Source: Euglena gracilis (Eukaryota). Taken from it: 64,000 bases of DNA. Position numbers and translations under genes: made by a program. Below, piece after piece: positions 36,302 through 50,012 of this stretch. Numbering within the stretch: the stretch's first letter is position 1; each line of letters opens with the position of its first letter. The notes under the pieces were generated by a model. It saw only the letters and a program-made list of their open reading frames with translations, made no database searches and had not been told where the DNA came from. The stretch lies in the NCBI GenBank assembly GCA_039621445.1, contig CP154954.1:16076140-16140139 (forward strand), given 5' to 3'.

Positions 36302-37726
36302 CAAGCACCTCTGATGATGCTGGGCGATGCTGGGCGATGCAGGGCGATGCTGGGCGATGCTGGGCGATGCTGGATTTTTGGAGACCAGAGGTGGGGTTCC
36401 GATGCTGGGCGATGCTGGGCGATGCTGGCATTTTTTGTATATTGTGGAGAATTGAACTATTTTTGGGATAATTTCCCCACAAAGCTCCAGCTTTTACACC
36501 CATTTTGGCCATAACGGGTCAATTTTTGCTAATTTGGGGGCTATTTATCACTGATTTGGCAAATATTGGGCTAATTGGGGCCTTTTTGAGCAGATTTTAT
36601 ACCATTTTTGGCCATTTTGCGCCTTTTTGGTGATTTTGGGTAATTTCTCACAATCTTTTGTGGACATTGTTGGTGTTTTTGGACAATTTTTGGTTATTTT
36701 AGTTGCTTTTTGGGGCTTTTTGTGGTCAATTTTAGGTTTTTTGTGGTCATTTTTGGGCTTTTGTGGTTATCTTGGCTTGGTCAGGAGCCAACAGATGAAT
36801 ACTGGACAGATAATGGACAAGATGCAGATGCTGGACACGATGCAGATACTGGACAAGATGCCGATGCTGGACAAGATGAACTGGATTCAGACACTGGACA
36901 ACATGCAGATGGTGGACAAGATGCAGTTGCTGGACAAGAAGCAGATGCTGGACAAGATGCAGTTGCTGGACAAGATGCAGATACTGGACAAGACGCAGAT
37001 ATTTGGACTTTGTTTGTCTGACCGGCAAGAGGCTTGAAACTTGCACTCGAAGTTGCCATCTCACTGGCCTGCACCACATCCTCCAGCAAAAAGCAGCAAA
37101 AGTGGTCAAAAAGTGGTCAAAAAACAGGCAAAAGTGGGTAAGAGTGGTCAGAAAGCAACAAAAGTGGGCAAAAGTGGGCAAAAGTGGTCAAAAAGCAGCA
37201 AAAGTGGGCATCAAAAAAGTGAAGTGATCAAAAAGCAGCAACAATGGCCAAAAGTGGGCAAAAAGTAGCAAACGTGGGCAAAAGTGGTCGAAAAGCAACA
37301 AAAGTTGTCAAAAGTGGTCAAAAAGCAGGCAAAAGGGGCCAAAAGTGGTCAAAAAGCAGCAAAAGTGATCAAAAAGCTGCAAAGGTGGTTGGAAATGGGC
37401 AAAGGTGGGCAAAAAGCAGCAAAAGTGGTCAAGAAGCAGTCAAAATTGGTCAAAAGGCAGCAGATGTGGGCAACAGTGGTCAAAAAGCAGTCAAAAGTGG
37501 TCAATGTGGGCAAAAAGCAGTCAAAAAGTGGTCAAAGTGGTCAAAAAGCAACCAAAGACGGCGAAAAGTAACCAAAAGTGGGCTAGAGCGGCAAAAGCAG
37601 CAGGCATTATAGGTACACCTTCAAGGGCTCCAAAGGCGATGCTGGGCGATGCTGAGCGATGCTGGGCGATGCTGGGCGATGCTGGGCGATGCTGGGCCCA
37701 AGGGCATGGCTGACCAGAGGTGCTTG
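36302..37726. mobile_element. Non-autonomous TIR element with 8-bp TSD (hAT- or P-like)
   Basis: TIR caagcacctctg / cagaggtgcttg. Perfect TSD gccgggac at 36294-36301 and 37727-37734; (gcgatgctgg)n arrays near both ends. Confidence 0.9.
36795..37005. repeat. 18-bp minisatellite (ctggacaagatgcagNtN)n inside the 36302-37726 element
   Basis: About 11 units, read as LDKMQx or GQDADA repeats in the ORF track. Confidence 0.9.
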
Positions 37727-38794
37727 GCCGGGACAGACTGGCCCACGGTGCACCCCCACCCCCACCCCCACCCCCCTGGGTCGGCTGAGTGGCCCACCCA
37801 CCCACTCTCGCAAACCCATCTGTCCCCGGGTTGCCAGCTGGGAAATTGTTCGCAAGCAAGGGGCTCCTGCTAGAAAACTGCTTTCCTGACTGATAAAGGT
37901 CGTACTGAGCTCGAATCTTCCCTCGGGACCCACTTCATGATTTTCATACCCAGTTGTGGAAATTTTGGAAGTTATCCACCTTATCCCGTCCACGCCATGT
38001 TGTTGACACTCACCCCTTTCCTGGTTATTTGCTGTTTTCATTGTTACCATTCTGTTGACACCCCCGCCCCCGTGTCAAAGCGACATTCCTGGAGCATTCA
38101 AACCGCATCAAAGGTTTCAAGGTTAGTTAAGTTTCCATTTTTACAGCTCGGCAATAGAATAAAAGTTCCATTGAACATATCGTCTTTTCTCAAAATAAAA
38201 TGAGTGTTTGGGGTTTTGATTTTTTTTTTTTGCTTTTTGAAGGGGAAAAAGAGAGGTTTCTCATTTCGTTTTATGGTCCATCTTTCCAACTCGGACCTCC
38301 TCTTTGTGTGCCCTTTAGCCTTAACTTGCGATCTTGCCCCCCTTTAATGTTCTTGGCCAATTTTGAATTTTGTGCTGGCTTGCTGAAATTCTTAATATGC
38401 AATTTGGTCCCCTAAAGTTGGCAACCCCAGCTTTACCGTCAATCGTGGAGGAACATTCAATCCGGTTGTGTGACAGTTTCAGCCAATTTATTGTGTGTGT
38501 TTTTATCCAGCCAGGAGGAGAATAATGGGAGAAAGCGTCCTCACAGAATGCATCGTGCTTGCACATTCTCCGCAATTTGCATTGATGTCACATTCCTGAC
38601 CCACCCACAAATAAAAGAACGGCTGTGCTCGTGGTGGACCGATTGTGGGGGGGGTGCATTTTTAAGTGGACGCTGCGCTTGCAGCGACCCTTACTTCTTT
38701 TAAGGGAGGTTATGCCCCCGAGATGTGTTCGGGAGGGGTAATTGAAGCATCAAGGCAGGGTGGGAGGCATAATCCTCTTTTTTTCGCACAATGC

Positions 38795-38800
38795 ATATAT

Positions 38801-38892
<92 letters not shown>

Positions 38893-38910
38893 TACAATGC
38901 ATATATATAT
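38795..38910. repeat. (TA)n microsatellite
   Basis: Read directly from the sequence. Confidence 0.97.
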
Positions 38911-39648
38911 TAAGTTTTGGGCCAAATGCATAAATTTTTGTGATTTCCCTAAATCTACGAAATGTACTAAAATGATCAAAATTGGCCCAAATCAGTCTAA
39001 AACAGGATTGTGCAGAATTCTGAAAAGAATTGGCAGGCAAAATAAAAATAATAATCCCTGCTCAAAATATGACCCAGGACCACTGTTTCGATTGGTTGCT
39101 CAAATCTAATCTCATTTTTTGGATGTGCTTTTTTGAATACTTGCTGTTCACACCAGAACTTCGGGGTCCTGGGAAGGGGATAAATTTTGTTTGTAAGCCG
39201 TGAGAGTGCCACCCCCAAACCAGTCAGACCTCCTGCAAAGAAGGCTCCCTGCCAACAATTTCAACAATTTCAACAATTTTTTAAACAAAAAACCCCCAAA
39301 AATGCAGACTCAGGCGAGGTCTATTTTTTGTGGTTTTTTTCCCATCTCTAGGGGTTTCCTTTTTTGTGGGGAGGTCGACCTTTTAGGAGGTTCAGCTAGC
39401 TTACTTTGATGGGGCGCATTGGACCAGGGTTTAATCTTTGGGCCTTTCTGGGCCACTGTTTTTGGGTATTTTTTTGGCCAGCACTTTAGGCTAAAGTTGC
39501 AGATTTCCTACCGTGCACAGATGTCAAAGGTATTTTTCAAACACCCTCCAGCAGTTTTAGTAGCAGATGTGGCTGTGCGGCTACTGGATGTAGCAACTGG
39601 AGCACAGATGCGGGCACCGGAGGGTCAAAAGTAACCAAAACTCTGCCT

Positions 39649-42646
39649 CTTAGGCGGCCGGATTCGCACATAAGCTTTTTTCGTTTGATTTGTGCATTTG
39701 CGCAAATTTACGATTTTTTTGATTGTGCTTTGTTTCGGCTGTGGAGGTCAGGGGGGTTTGAAAACACGTGAACAAGAGAGTGCAAAAAACGAGCAAAATT
39801 CTGATTTTGGCTGGGAGACCCCCGGGACTTTGGCGAAAAATGGTGTTTTTGGGGTGTGCCAAAATGGACATTGTACGTCGAAACCCCCGGGACCCTGCCG
39901 GCCAAAAGGGAAAAAAAACGCAAAAAAGCACCATAGGAACGGGACCTTTGCTGCCCCTGTTGCTCCTTTCGGCTGTGTCACCGGGTGTGTCCGAGCTGCC
40001 GGCGGTGTGCGTCCTGGGTGTTTGCCGGACTGCGTTGCTTGCGGCACCTTGGTGTGGTGTTTGTGGGGCTGTTTGTTAAAGTGCGGGGAGGAAGTGCCGG
40101 GGGGTGTGGGTGTGGTGTGACCAAGCCGGCGACAAGGACACTGGGGAAGGAGGGTGAGTGTGGGGTGTTGGGCAAGGGAAGCGCAGGGGGGATGAAATGG
40201 GGTCCGCAGGGAATGAAGGGAATAAAGGGGAACGGGTGTCTCCCACCCGGCTTGTACCCGGGATGCGCAGAACCAGTTGTGTGGCAAAGAACCCTGCAGA
40301 AGAAGCCCAACACTGGAAGGACAAAATTGTGTTTATGCGCGCAAATGCGCGCACCAACATGTTAATGTTGATGCGCGCAATTGCGCGCATAAACACAATT
40401 TTGTCCTTCCAGTGTTGGGCTTTGGCACCCATGAACTGACGCCGTTGATAAACGGTGTGACATAGAGGCCCTGACGGTACGGACTGACGGGCCATCCAGT
40501 TGGTGAGTTTGTCACACTGTTTGTCAACGGCGCAAGCTTATGGGCGCAAATGCGCGCACAAACAAAAATTATGTTTTATGCGCGCATTTGCGCAAATGCG
40601 CACACCAACATAATTGTGTTGGTGCGCGCATTTGCGCAAATAAACACAAATAAAAACGGTGTGACGGAAACACAACCGTCAAACACCGACAGCAGATGTT
40701 GTTCATTTGCGCATTTGCGTGCATCACGTTGTTTGTGGGCGCAAATGCGCAAATAAACTGTATGAAGAAACTGCACAATTTACTATGTTTATTTGCGCAT
40801 TTGCGCCCACAAACAACGTGATGCACGCAAATGCGCAAATAAACAACTAATGGAGGAGTAGAAAACGATTGCATTTGGCCCTCTTACTGCTACCCTTAGT
40901 GGCTTCTGAATGGGTTGAAAGCAAATGACCACACCGTCTCCTCCGGTATATGGTGTTATTGTGCTGTTTTTTGACCATTGACAGGTCCTACAAAAGATGG
41001 GGACATAGGATCTCCAGAAGGTGCGTGCATAGCCACCCAGTAACGGTACACGTCCACCGGCCCCAATTTGTGGGTCCCAAGGGCCCTGCCGCTGACCTGC
41101 GGCCTGGGCTCCGCTGTTAAAGCCCCATCAGCTGCTGATGCTTCAGCACCCAACAGGCCAGCATCCACTTCCCCGGTGCAACGACACCCACCACAGCGAC
41201 CGCGTTATACCCCGCAACCAGGGTGTAAGACTGGGGGTATGACGTGGTGCCAGTGCATGGCAACCAGCATTCGAAGAGAAGTAGCCCTCAAGCACCCGTT
41301 ACTTTGGATGCCAGGAAGTGTTGAACATTTACCACTGGATTGGGTATATCAGAGCGGTGGGACCCACTCCCCCCAAATTATGCACAAAAACTGCTGTTTT
41401 ATACGTTTTTGAAGGGAAAAATGGCAAAGAAAACCGTAAAACGGACTCCGGCCCGACACGTCCCAGGTATTTCAGGTGCCAAATTTTGTCTTCTTGTAAC
41501 GCAGTCCTGTTGCAGAAAAGGTGTCTAACAGTCACAGGTCGTTTGCATGTCATCAATTCATGATATTTAACTGCCAAACAGAAGAAACAAAAGGTACAGG
41601 TCGTGTGGGCCGGGTAACAGCAGTGCAAATGTACACACGTAAGGCAGGCAAATTTTGGCCAGTCACATGCTGTGTTCCGGTGAACACTCTACACCACCTC
41701 TCACCACAAATTTCATCACCACGTAATTGTGGTGCAAACCATTGGTTGGCGTGAGGAGTTGCGTTCGCCAGCTGTCACGGAGGAGGAGATGGTATCGCAC
41801 AACTGATGTGTGTTGGTGCGCGCATTTGCGCAAATAAACACAACTTTGTTTGTGTGCTCTAAGGCTCCTACAAACACATCATTTTGAAGCGGTGCATAAA
41901 GTGTTTGTTCACGCATTTGCGCAAATGCGCGCACCAACGTAATTATGTTTATTTGCGCAATTGCGCGCACCAACACCCCCATTACGTTTTAAAGCCTCGT
42001 AGGGTCATGGTCCTCATTGGTGTCTTTTAACATAGAAAGTAAAAGTACGTGTTGGTGGGCACATTTGCGCAAGTAAACATAAACGTGTTGGTGCGCGCAT
42101 TTGCGCAAATGCGCACACCACCAAATTTGTTGGTGCGCGCATTTGCGCCCACCAACACGTCATTTTAACATCATCGGTTTACGTTTTATTTGCGCAAATG
42201 CGCCCATAAACACAATTGTTTTTATTTGCGCAATTGCGCGCATAAACACACATCAATTGCGTGACGGCTGCCTCACGTAGTCTGTGTGTCTGTGGTGGTG
42301 TGATCTAATGAGGCTCCGTATGTTCTCACCGGTGGCGGCAGTGACCAAGCCAGTTCAGCCAGCACGTCAGCACCATTTCCAAGTGTCGTCACAGGGGTGT
42401 GTGCCTCCCCCCGTTTGATGTACAACAGCACCAGTCTCACCCCCAGCCCTATTAACGTCACCTGGTAAGCAGCATGCACACCAGACCACTGGGAGTTAAT
42501 CCCCTCCAATAGATGGGTGTAACGGTTCTTAAATCGTGTTCTGGGTGTCAGGGTACAGGGTCCCAGGGGTTACAAAAAAATGGTACATTTGCGCAATTGC
42601 GCGCATCAAAAGGAAAAAAGCTTAAGTGCGAATCCGGCCGCCTAAG
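39649..42646. mobile_element. TIR element A: CTTAG termini, 5-bp TSD, unclassified
   Basis: ~70-bp imperfect TIR cttaggcggccggattcgcac(a/t)taagcttttttc...tgcgcaaat. Perfect TSD tgcct at 39644-39648 and 42647-42651. The interior is dense in gcgcatttgcgcaaat / gcgcaattgcgc palindromes. Confidence 0.9.
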
Positions 42647-45625
42647 TGCCTGAAGCAACAAAAAAGTTGACAAAATGTTTAGAAAATTGAATAGAAGCGA
42701 CCAAACAATGGCCAAAAGGATTTTACGCCGCATTTCTCACCCGCACAATCCGTATAATCTATATATATATATATACATATATATATATGTATCATGTATC
42801 ATGTATAATCTATATATATATGTATCATGTATAATCTATATATATATATATATGTATCATATATATGTATATATATGATTGCCGCATAATCCAAATCATC
42901 CCCCCCCCCCCGCATAATTCCGACAATTACTGCTTTGTTTACCGACACTGCTTTTCGGATAAGTGACATGCAGTCTGTCCCCTGCGCTCATTTCATGCTT
43001 GGGAGGCCCTGCGCTTTCAGCTCCATTTCAGCATCCTGGACCTCCCACATCTGCAGCCCTACCCCAGACCACTTCACCGCCTGTGGTTGCTGCGGCCCCT
43101 CCCCTTCCCTCTGTACATCGCCTCTGGATCAGAGATTTTTTTTCCAGTTTGGTGACCCGGGGGGGGGGGTTCTAGACCACCCCCCCGTTCTTAAAAAAGC
43201 AGGCAAGCAGTGTTCTGGTCCACTCGGCCCATTTGAGACCGCCTTTTTTTTGAAGGCGCTTTTTTAAGACGCTCTTTTTTTTGAAGGCGATGATGCAAGA
43301 TTGCAAAAGGTGCTGAAAAAGCTATTTGGGTGGAGTTGTTGGAGTGTCTGTGGCCTTTTGCGGTCAGTTTCTATAGCTTTGGGTCCCCCCCACACTCTTG
43401 GCTCCATATTCCCTACATGCAAACTTGGCCCAAAAGTTGACCTTCGGCCTTAACGTGCAATCTTGGCCCCCCCATTAGGCTTTTTTTTGGCTTATTTTGT
43501 CATGGCCTAAATTCTTAACATTCGATTTTCCCCCCAAATTGCCCTCGGGGCCGTACCTTCAATCGTAGCCCGTGCCAAGCGCCCATAAAGGGATGGATGG
43601 ATGAGTTCCAACTCCGTTTGAGTTTCTTTTGTTTGCAACGATCACAAAGATTTAGTATGTTTAAACGATTTCCTTATTCTGTAAAAATGGATTCGACGAA
43701 AGGAAATTTTGTGCTTTGTTTTCTTTTAATTATTTATTTTATTTTAATTTATTTTTTATTTTACTTTATTTTGTTTTTTTGCTAATTGCTTTTCATTCAT
43801 TTTTGAATTTCTTTTGACCAGCAATTGTATTTGTCGAAGTCAGAGCACAAATTTTTTTGGCACTCATACCTGTCAAATTCCCATTCCTTGTGTTTTTTTG
43901 AAGCTTATTTGTTTTATTCGCTTTTTGTTCTGTTGCATTTGTTGAGAGTCCATGTTGAATTGCAACCCTCCCATGGTTATGAACCCCACACTTGCAGTGT
44001 CAACGTATGGTATCCAACGCTTACATGGGAGCAATGACCCCCTCCTGGTCATTTATCGCATTTTTGGCAGATTTTGATCAGTTTCAATGTCAGTCAATGT
44101 CAGTCTATTGGTTTCAATGCCCTGCAGCAGATGTACGTACACAATGCACACAGTTACCAGAGGCTCTTTTTTTATTATAAATTGGTGCCCGGGGCTGGAA
44201 GGAGGTTTTTTTCTTCTATTTTTGGTGCAAAGCCCAAATTTTCGACCCCAAATCAACTCACAGAATGGGTCGCCGAAGGGGAAGCCCTCCCGCCCCCCCA
44301 GTCCCATGGGTTATAACCCCTCCGGGGAAGAAAAATGAAAGCCGCCAAGGACGATTTTTTCGGCAGAAAAAAAAAAAAAACCCCAAAAACTGATTTTTTG
44401 GCATTTTTTTGAGACCGACCATTATCATAAATGTCATTTTGACCAAATTTGCCGAAAAATTCGGGGTCATTTTGGGGGGTCCAAAACCATCTTCACTTGC
44501 TTTTTCTGGCGCAACACATCCATTTTTTTCTTTTTTAGCTTTCCAGCCAATATAACATGATGGTAAATTTTTGAAATCCCCCCTGTATGAAGAAAGATAC
44601 GCAGGAAAGGTCATTCGCACCAAAAAGGACACCAAATCAAAATGCATAGGGGTTCATGTTCTTGCAAGATTTTGGAGCCAAAGATGAACAACATCTCACC
44701 AAATCAAGCCAGAAAAGGTTCTGTTCTCTTTTTCCTGAGAAAATAGTTCGATGGAAGCGCACAAGGAGCACAAAGAAATGAAATGAAAGTGAGATATCGT
44801 CAAGGAAGAAAATATCTGAGGGTTTTTTTTTGGAACCCGTTGAGTCTGCCTCCACCCACCCACTACCCACTACCTTGGTTGGTCGGCCCAGGGGGGGGAG
44901 GTTACAAGTGGGGGGGGGGGGGTTAGAGGGGAAGGTTTTTGAATTGTTCGTGTTTGGTTCAACCCCCTTCGCGTCAATGGCAGCAGAAGCTCTTTCAAAG
45001 CAGAGCTTTTATTTGTTGACTTTTTGTCTGTTTGTCTTTTTTTTTTTGTGGCGGCTGCCTCCGCCAAAGCCAGAAGTGGGTTCTCGTGGTCCTCTACAAA
45101 CCCCAATGCATATATCAAGGAATTTTATTACTATTTCAAACCGAGCCTGCTTTGGTGGGAGCGGTTGGGGAGAGCTGCCTGGTCGCTTCTGATTTGGGGC
45201 ATTCTTTGGTTTCCGGTTTATCCAGCACCTTTTTTATTGACCCCCGGGTCCCTCAACAATCCTCTGATTCATTTCATTTAGGTTTTTGATGGGTCACACA
45301 ACTCAAAACAGACAGAACCTTTGGGCACGGTCGCCCAACAGTGCCAAACCAGTGGATCCCTGCGACCACTACTCAAGGCTGCAGGTTAGAGGATTTGCAT
45401 GACCCTCTGGGAAGAGACTGGGAAGAGACCTCTGGGAATTTTTTTTTCCAGTCTGAGAAGATTGGTTAGATCAAAGAGGGCGAATGGCATGCTTTTGTCC
45501 ATCCAGCTGGAACCGGCCACCCAAAATCCCAGCAGAAGGCTGGTTTGGGGTTTTCCAGCCAAAATTTAGAGGTATAACGGCCAAAATCCTCAGAATGCTA
45601 TTTTTTCAAAGTTCGATGCCTGGCT

Positions 45626-48235
45626 CTTAGTCGGCCTAACTCGCACTTAAGGTTTTGATTTTAGCTTGCACTTTCGCGCAAATTTTCGATTTCTTTGAGA
45701 CCTGGCGGTAGAACCCACCCTTTTGACCCTCTGGTTCCGCGGAGACCACGGTGGCGTGTGCATCATTTTCCGATGTTGGAACCTGGGGAACAGGCCCAAT
45801 TTTGGTGTTTTTCAGCCAGTTCACCATTTTGAAAAAGGTCCAAACCCCTGGGTTTGACCGCCGGGACACGTGAATTTTCCCAAAAGGGGCCAAAACCCCC
45901 ATTGCGAGTCCCCGTTTTTGAAGCCTTGACAGTGTTCCCCCGGATGGTGCTACACAGTCCGGGAGTAACGTGGCCCTTTTTGTTGCTTTTTTTTGGGCTC
46001 TGCGATGTGTGTCTGAAAGGTTGCCTGTTGAGGCATCCAGAGGATGGACTCTACACACACGTTGTGAAAAGTTGGAAAAAACGGCGTGTCACAGAGTTGT
46101 GATCCCTGGGTGCTTGAAGTGCGAGGAGCGGTACAGCGGGAACCACCCAGGTGGGGGGGGGTTAGGGGGACTGAGGGCAAGCCCAGGGACCTGTCCCAAC
46201 GTCTGGTGAGCAACGCCAGGCCCCACACTGCCGGGCACAGAAGGCAATGTTTATGGACATTTGCGCTTAAGCGCAAATTTTTAACTTGCACTTAAGCGCA
46301 AGTTAAAAATTTGCGCTTGAGCGCAAGTTAAAACAGAAGGCCCTGAGCGGAGCCCTTTTGGGAGTCACTTTGATGTGTTAAAGTGTTTCTAGGGCGCCTC
46401 TCTGAACGGCCAGTGTGCGGACTTGGTGAAGAAATGCATTGCGCCGAAGCGCAAACCATCATACAATATGGTGCAAACACGCATTGCATACAAAGTGCAA
46501 ACACGCAGCTAACGTGTAATCTGAATGAACAAGCAGTGCATTATGTAGGCATGTCCCTTGCGCTTCGGAGCGATGTATTTCCTCACCAAGCCCGCACACT
46601 GGCCGTTCAGAGAGGGGCCCCCGACACAAATGCTTTTTCAGATGGCAGATGTGTTTGAATGCTTGCTGTGTGAGAAGGTGGGGGATAGAGGAGAATGATG
46701 AGGAGGGTTTGAGCACTGCTGTGCCAGAAGCTGGGTTGGTGCTTTTGAACTATTCAGGCGCTGGGGAGGAAGTGGCTGTTCCAATAAGACCAATTGTGGC
46801 GGTAGGCTGTGGTGCCTCAGTGACCTTCACTTAGTGCACAAAGTGGGGTTTTTTGGGATGTTGACAGAAAGACCTTTTTCGGCTGAACAATGCCCTCCAT
46901 CTGCCCGGTGGTATATGGCTGTCTGGTGGGTTGCAAATTACGTGTCATCATGTCTTCCCTTCTCCGCCGTTGTTGATGGGCCCTTTCAGTTTCTCAATTC
47001 CATTCGCTCATCCTTAAAGTGGTGTGCTTTAAATCGTGGGCGAGGAAAGGGGGGTGACGAGCTTCTTTAAAACACCCTTTCGACGCCTAAAACTGTTTCC
47101 TCGGCTGTGATTCCCAGGGTTCATCTGGCACCTGTTCTTTTCCAAACAGAATTTTTTCCGACTTTCAAAAGTCGGCCAAAGAGAAGGGCCCCTCAGGCAC
47201 GCTTAACTGCGAGGCAAGTGGGAGGAACCTCCGGCAGTGGAAGTTGGTTTTACAACGCATAGAACAACACACGTCTGGATGTCATGAAGTTGGTGGTTGC
47301 TTTCACACACCAGGGGGTTGGCTTCCTGTCCCAGGCAAGGCTTCCCCCCACCTTATGTTCGCTCTGGTGATGAGATTGATCCAAGACTGCTCTCTCCACC
47401 CGCAGTGATAAACATGAGAAATTAAAAATTGATAACTGTTGCTCCACAGGCAATGGATAGGCTTATGAAGAATAGAAATTTCAGAATTACATTGCGCCAA
47501 AGCGCAATGGGAATGCACTTTTTAAAATCGCAAAGCAGCGTGGCTCTTGCGCCGACGCGCAATGTTGACCCATTTTAAGGCAACGTGACTGAGAGTAGGC
47601 TTCCGTCCCCCTGCACTATATCTTGTGCTCTATCACCTCTGGTGTTCATACTCTACCCGGGCCGTTCTCTCCCTCCGTTGTGAGATAAGTTTCAAGTAGT
47701 TATATTTGCGCTTCGGCGCAAGCCATGTTGCTTTTACAATTTTAAAAATTGTATTTCTATTTGCGCTTTGGCGCAAGGTAACTCTTAAATTTCCATTCTT
47801 CATAAGCCTGCCCATTGCGCTTTGGCGCAAGGGAAACACATGTTGACACAAAATTTGTTATCATTGTCCAAGTGCGGCAATGGTCACCCACATGTTGAAT
47901 TACAAAAAAGTCAAAATTTGCGTCAAAGCGCAAATGTTTTTTTCGTGATGAAAAAAAAATTGCGCCAAAGCGCAAATGCGCAATGGAGTCCCCTCGTTTT
48001 ATTACCCGCCGCTTCGTATTCAGGCACACGGGGCCCCGGGAGCGCTGTGCCCGTGGACCGTGGAGTTCCAGGTCGTTGCTTTCGTCCCCAGGCCCTGGGG
48101 TGCAGGGAGACACTATTTTCGGATTGTCTCGAGTCTCAGGCCACGGTGTTCGAAAACCAAACTTTTTTTTGGATTTGCGCGTCGGCGCAAATTTACAGTC
48201 ACTTTCAAAGCTAAGTGCGAGTTGGGCCGCCTAAG
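45626..48235. mobile_element. TIR element B: CTTAG termini, 5-bp TSD, unclassified
   Basis: TIR cttagtcggcctaactcgcactta / taagtgcgagttgggccgcctaag. Perfect TSD tggct at 45621-45625 and 48236-48240. The interior has about 12 TTGCGC-N4-GCGCAA palindromes. Confidence 0.88.
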
Positions 48236-48589
48236 TGGCTCAGAGTCTTTTCTTCCCCACTTTTGGGTGACTCTATTTTTGGGTCAAGCCTCCCTGAACC
48301 CTTCACATCTGAGCCAAGAACCCTTGAGTGTGAATTTTTTTTGAAAAACAAACAAATGTTTCCAAAGTCCGTCACAGCAGAATGTTGACAATCTGTTTTT
48401 TTTTCTTCAGAAGTCAGTGTATGTCAGTGCATGCATTTCTACAATTGTGTGTACTTGTGTGCGGTTTTATACAGTTATTTTTTTCGCCTGCCCGTGTGGA
48501 TATTTTGCGCCCCCCCCCCCCCCCGGCCCCCCCCACCTTTCCATTTTTTCCAAGACGCCCATTTTTATGCTAAAGTTTTCATGCAAACT

Positions 48590-49030
48590 GCAGGAATAGT
48601 TGAGGGGCCCTCACCCCCCCATTCTGGCCTGGAGGTACCTTACCCCCCCCCCCCACCCATCAGGCGTTTCGGTGTGGCCCCGTTGATGTTGATATGCAGG
48701 GGGGGGGGAGATATGCAACTTGCATAATTTGCATTTTTTTGCATAATCAGGTTTTTCTGAAAGTTGCATTTTTTTGCATTTTTTTGACTTGCATAATTCG
48801 AAAGGCCAAGTTGCATACCCCCCCCCCCGTGATATGGCGGCTTGGCCACAAGCCCAAAAGAGGGGACAGCTGGCCCAAAACCCCAACGGCTTCCACCCGC
48901 AATACAGGGCCACGGGGCCACTCCCTGACCCACTCCTTGCCTCCCAAGTGGATGGCGAGCGGATGTCCGTCATGCGCAGGCGTCCCGATGCGCTGCAGCC
49001 CCTGCAATGTGGTCTGCGACAGAACTGTGT
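48590..49030 (+). pseudogene. Possible piggyBac-like transposase C-terminal remnant
   Basis: THQAFR, then GHSLTH...GCPSC...RCSPCNVVC, resembles the piggyBac Cys-rich tail. Flanks tgaa-ccct (~48295) and atggg-ttca (~49245) are each one mismatch from TTAA-CCC / GGG-TTAA. Confidence 0.35.
48697..48829. mobile_element. Short copy of the 2997-3439 MITE family, 7-bp TSD
   Basis: Same atgcaacttgcataatttgc / ggccaagttgcat ends. TSD tgatatg at 48690-48696 and 48830-48836. Confidence 0.88.
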
Positions 49031-49631
49031 GTGCGTGGGCTTTGTTGTCGGATTGTGTGTTTATTGCGGAACGTTTTGGGAGGAGAACCAGCGCCCCCAG
49101 CTTCCTGAAAACAGCTGGATTCTTTTCAACCAACAGCAATTTTGAGAGATAGACCAGTTTTGAGAGGGGGGGGAATGAAAATGGCAGTCAAAACGAATTG
49201 ATGGTGAAGATATCACGGCAGCTGTTTTTTGTCGCACCCAACCAATGGGTTCAATCACATACCCCCCCCCCCCAGTCCCAGGCGCTTGGCTCCGCTCCTC
49301 CTTACAGGCGAACCTGTCCCCCTAAAGTTAGGCTTCAGCCTTCCCTTGCGACTTTGGCCCCACATTTTTAAGGTTTAAGGTTTTTGGCCCATTTTGTGCA
49401 TGGCCTGCCGAAATTCTTAACCTGCAAACTTGGCACGACTAAGTTTGACCCCCCCCCGGCCTTGCCATCACAATTGACGGCAACGCCAGGGTTTCAACCT
49501 CAGGGACAAGCGCAGCCAAGTCGGGGGCCAAGCGCCCAGCATGCAAATGTGCCCCCTTTCAATCATGACTTGGGCCCAATCCCTCGGCTGGGGGGGTGAG
49601 GCCGATTGGGCCGCAGAAATGAACCAACGTA

Positions 49632-50012
49632 ACCCCCCCCCCCAAAATAAGACCCCCCCCATAAAATGGACACCCCAAAAAAATATGGCCGGTCCGAGCA
49701 AAAATCCATGAAATGGACCCCCCTTCCATAAATAAGACACCCCCTGCCGGCGCGAAGCGCCGGATTTTTGAAAAACGGGACATTTTTGGGTGGTAAATCT
49801 GCCATTTTGGGGCAGTTTTCAAAAAAATTCGGCATATTTTCTCCTATTTGTCTGGCGCGAAGCGCCAATTTTTCGAAAATTGGTATTTTGGGGGGTCGAG
49901 AAAATTTCCAGCAAAAATCCATAAAATGGACCCCCCCCCCATGAATAAGACCCCCCTCGGGCTTTCCAGCAACCGACCCATGAAATGGACCCCCTCTATT
50001 TTGGGGGGGGTT
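49632..50012. mobile_element. TA-type MITE related to 2071-2531
   Basis: TA-acccc(c)n-aaaataagacccc ... tattttggggggggtt-TG; internal aataagacc and aaatggacc repeats. Confidence 0.7.

Noticed and set aside
43966-44032. tRNA-like sequence on minus (ctcccatg / catgggag stem, ggttcataacc)
   Set aside because: The D and anticodon arms do not pair; at most a decayed tRNA-derived SINE head.
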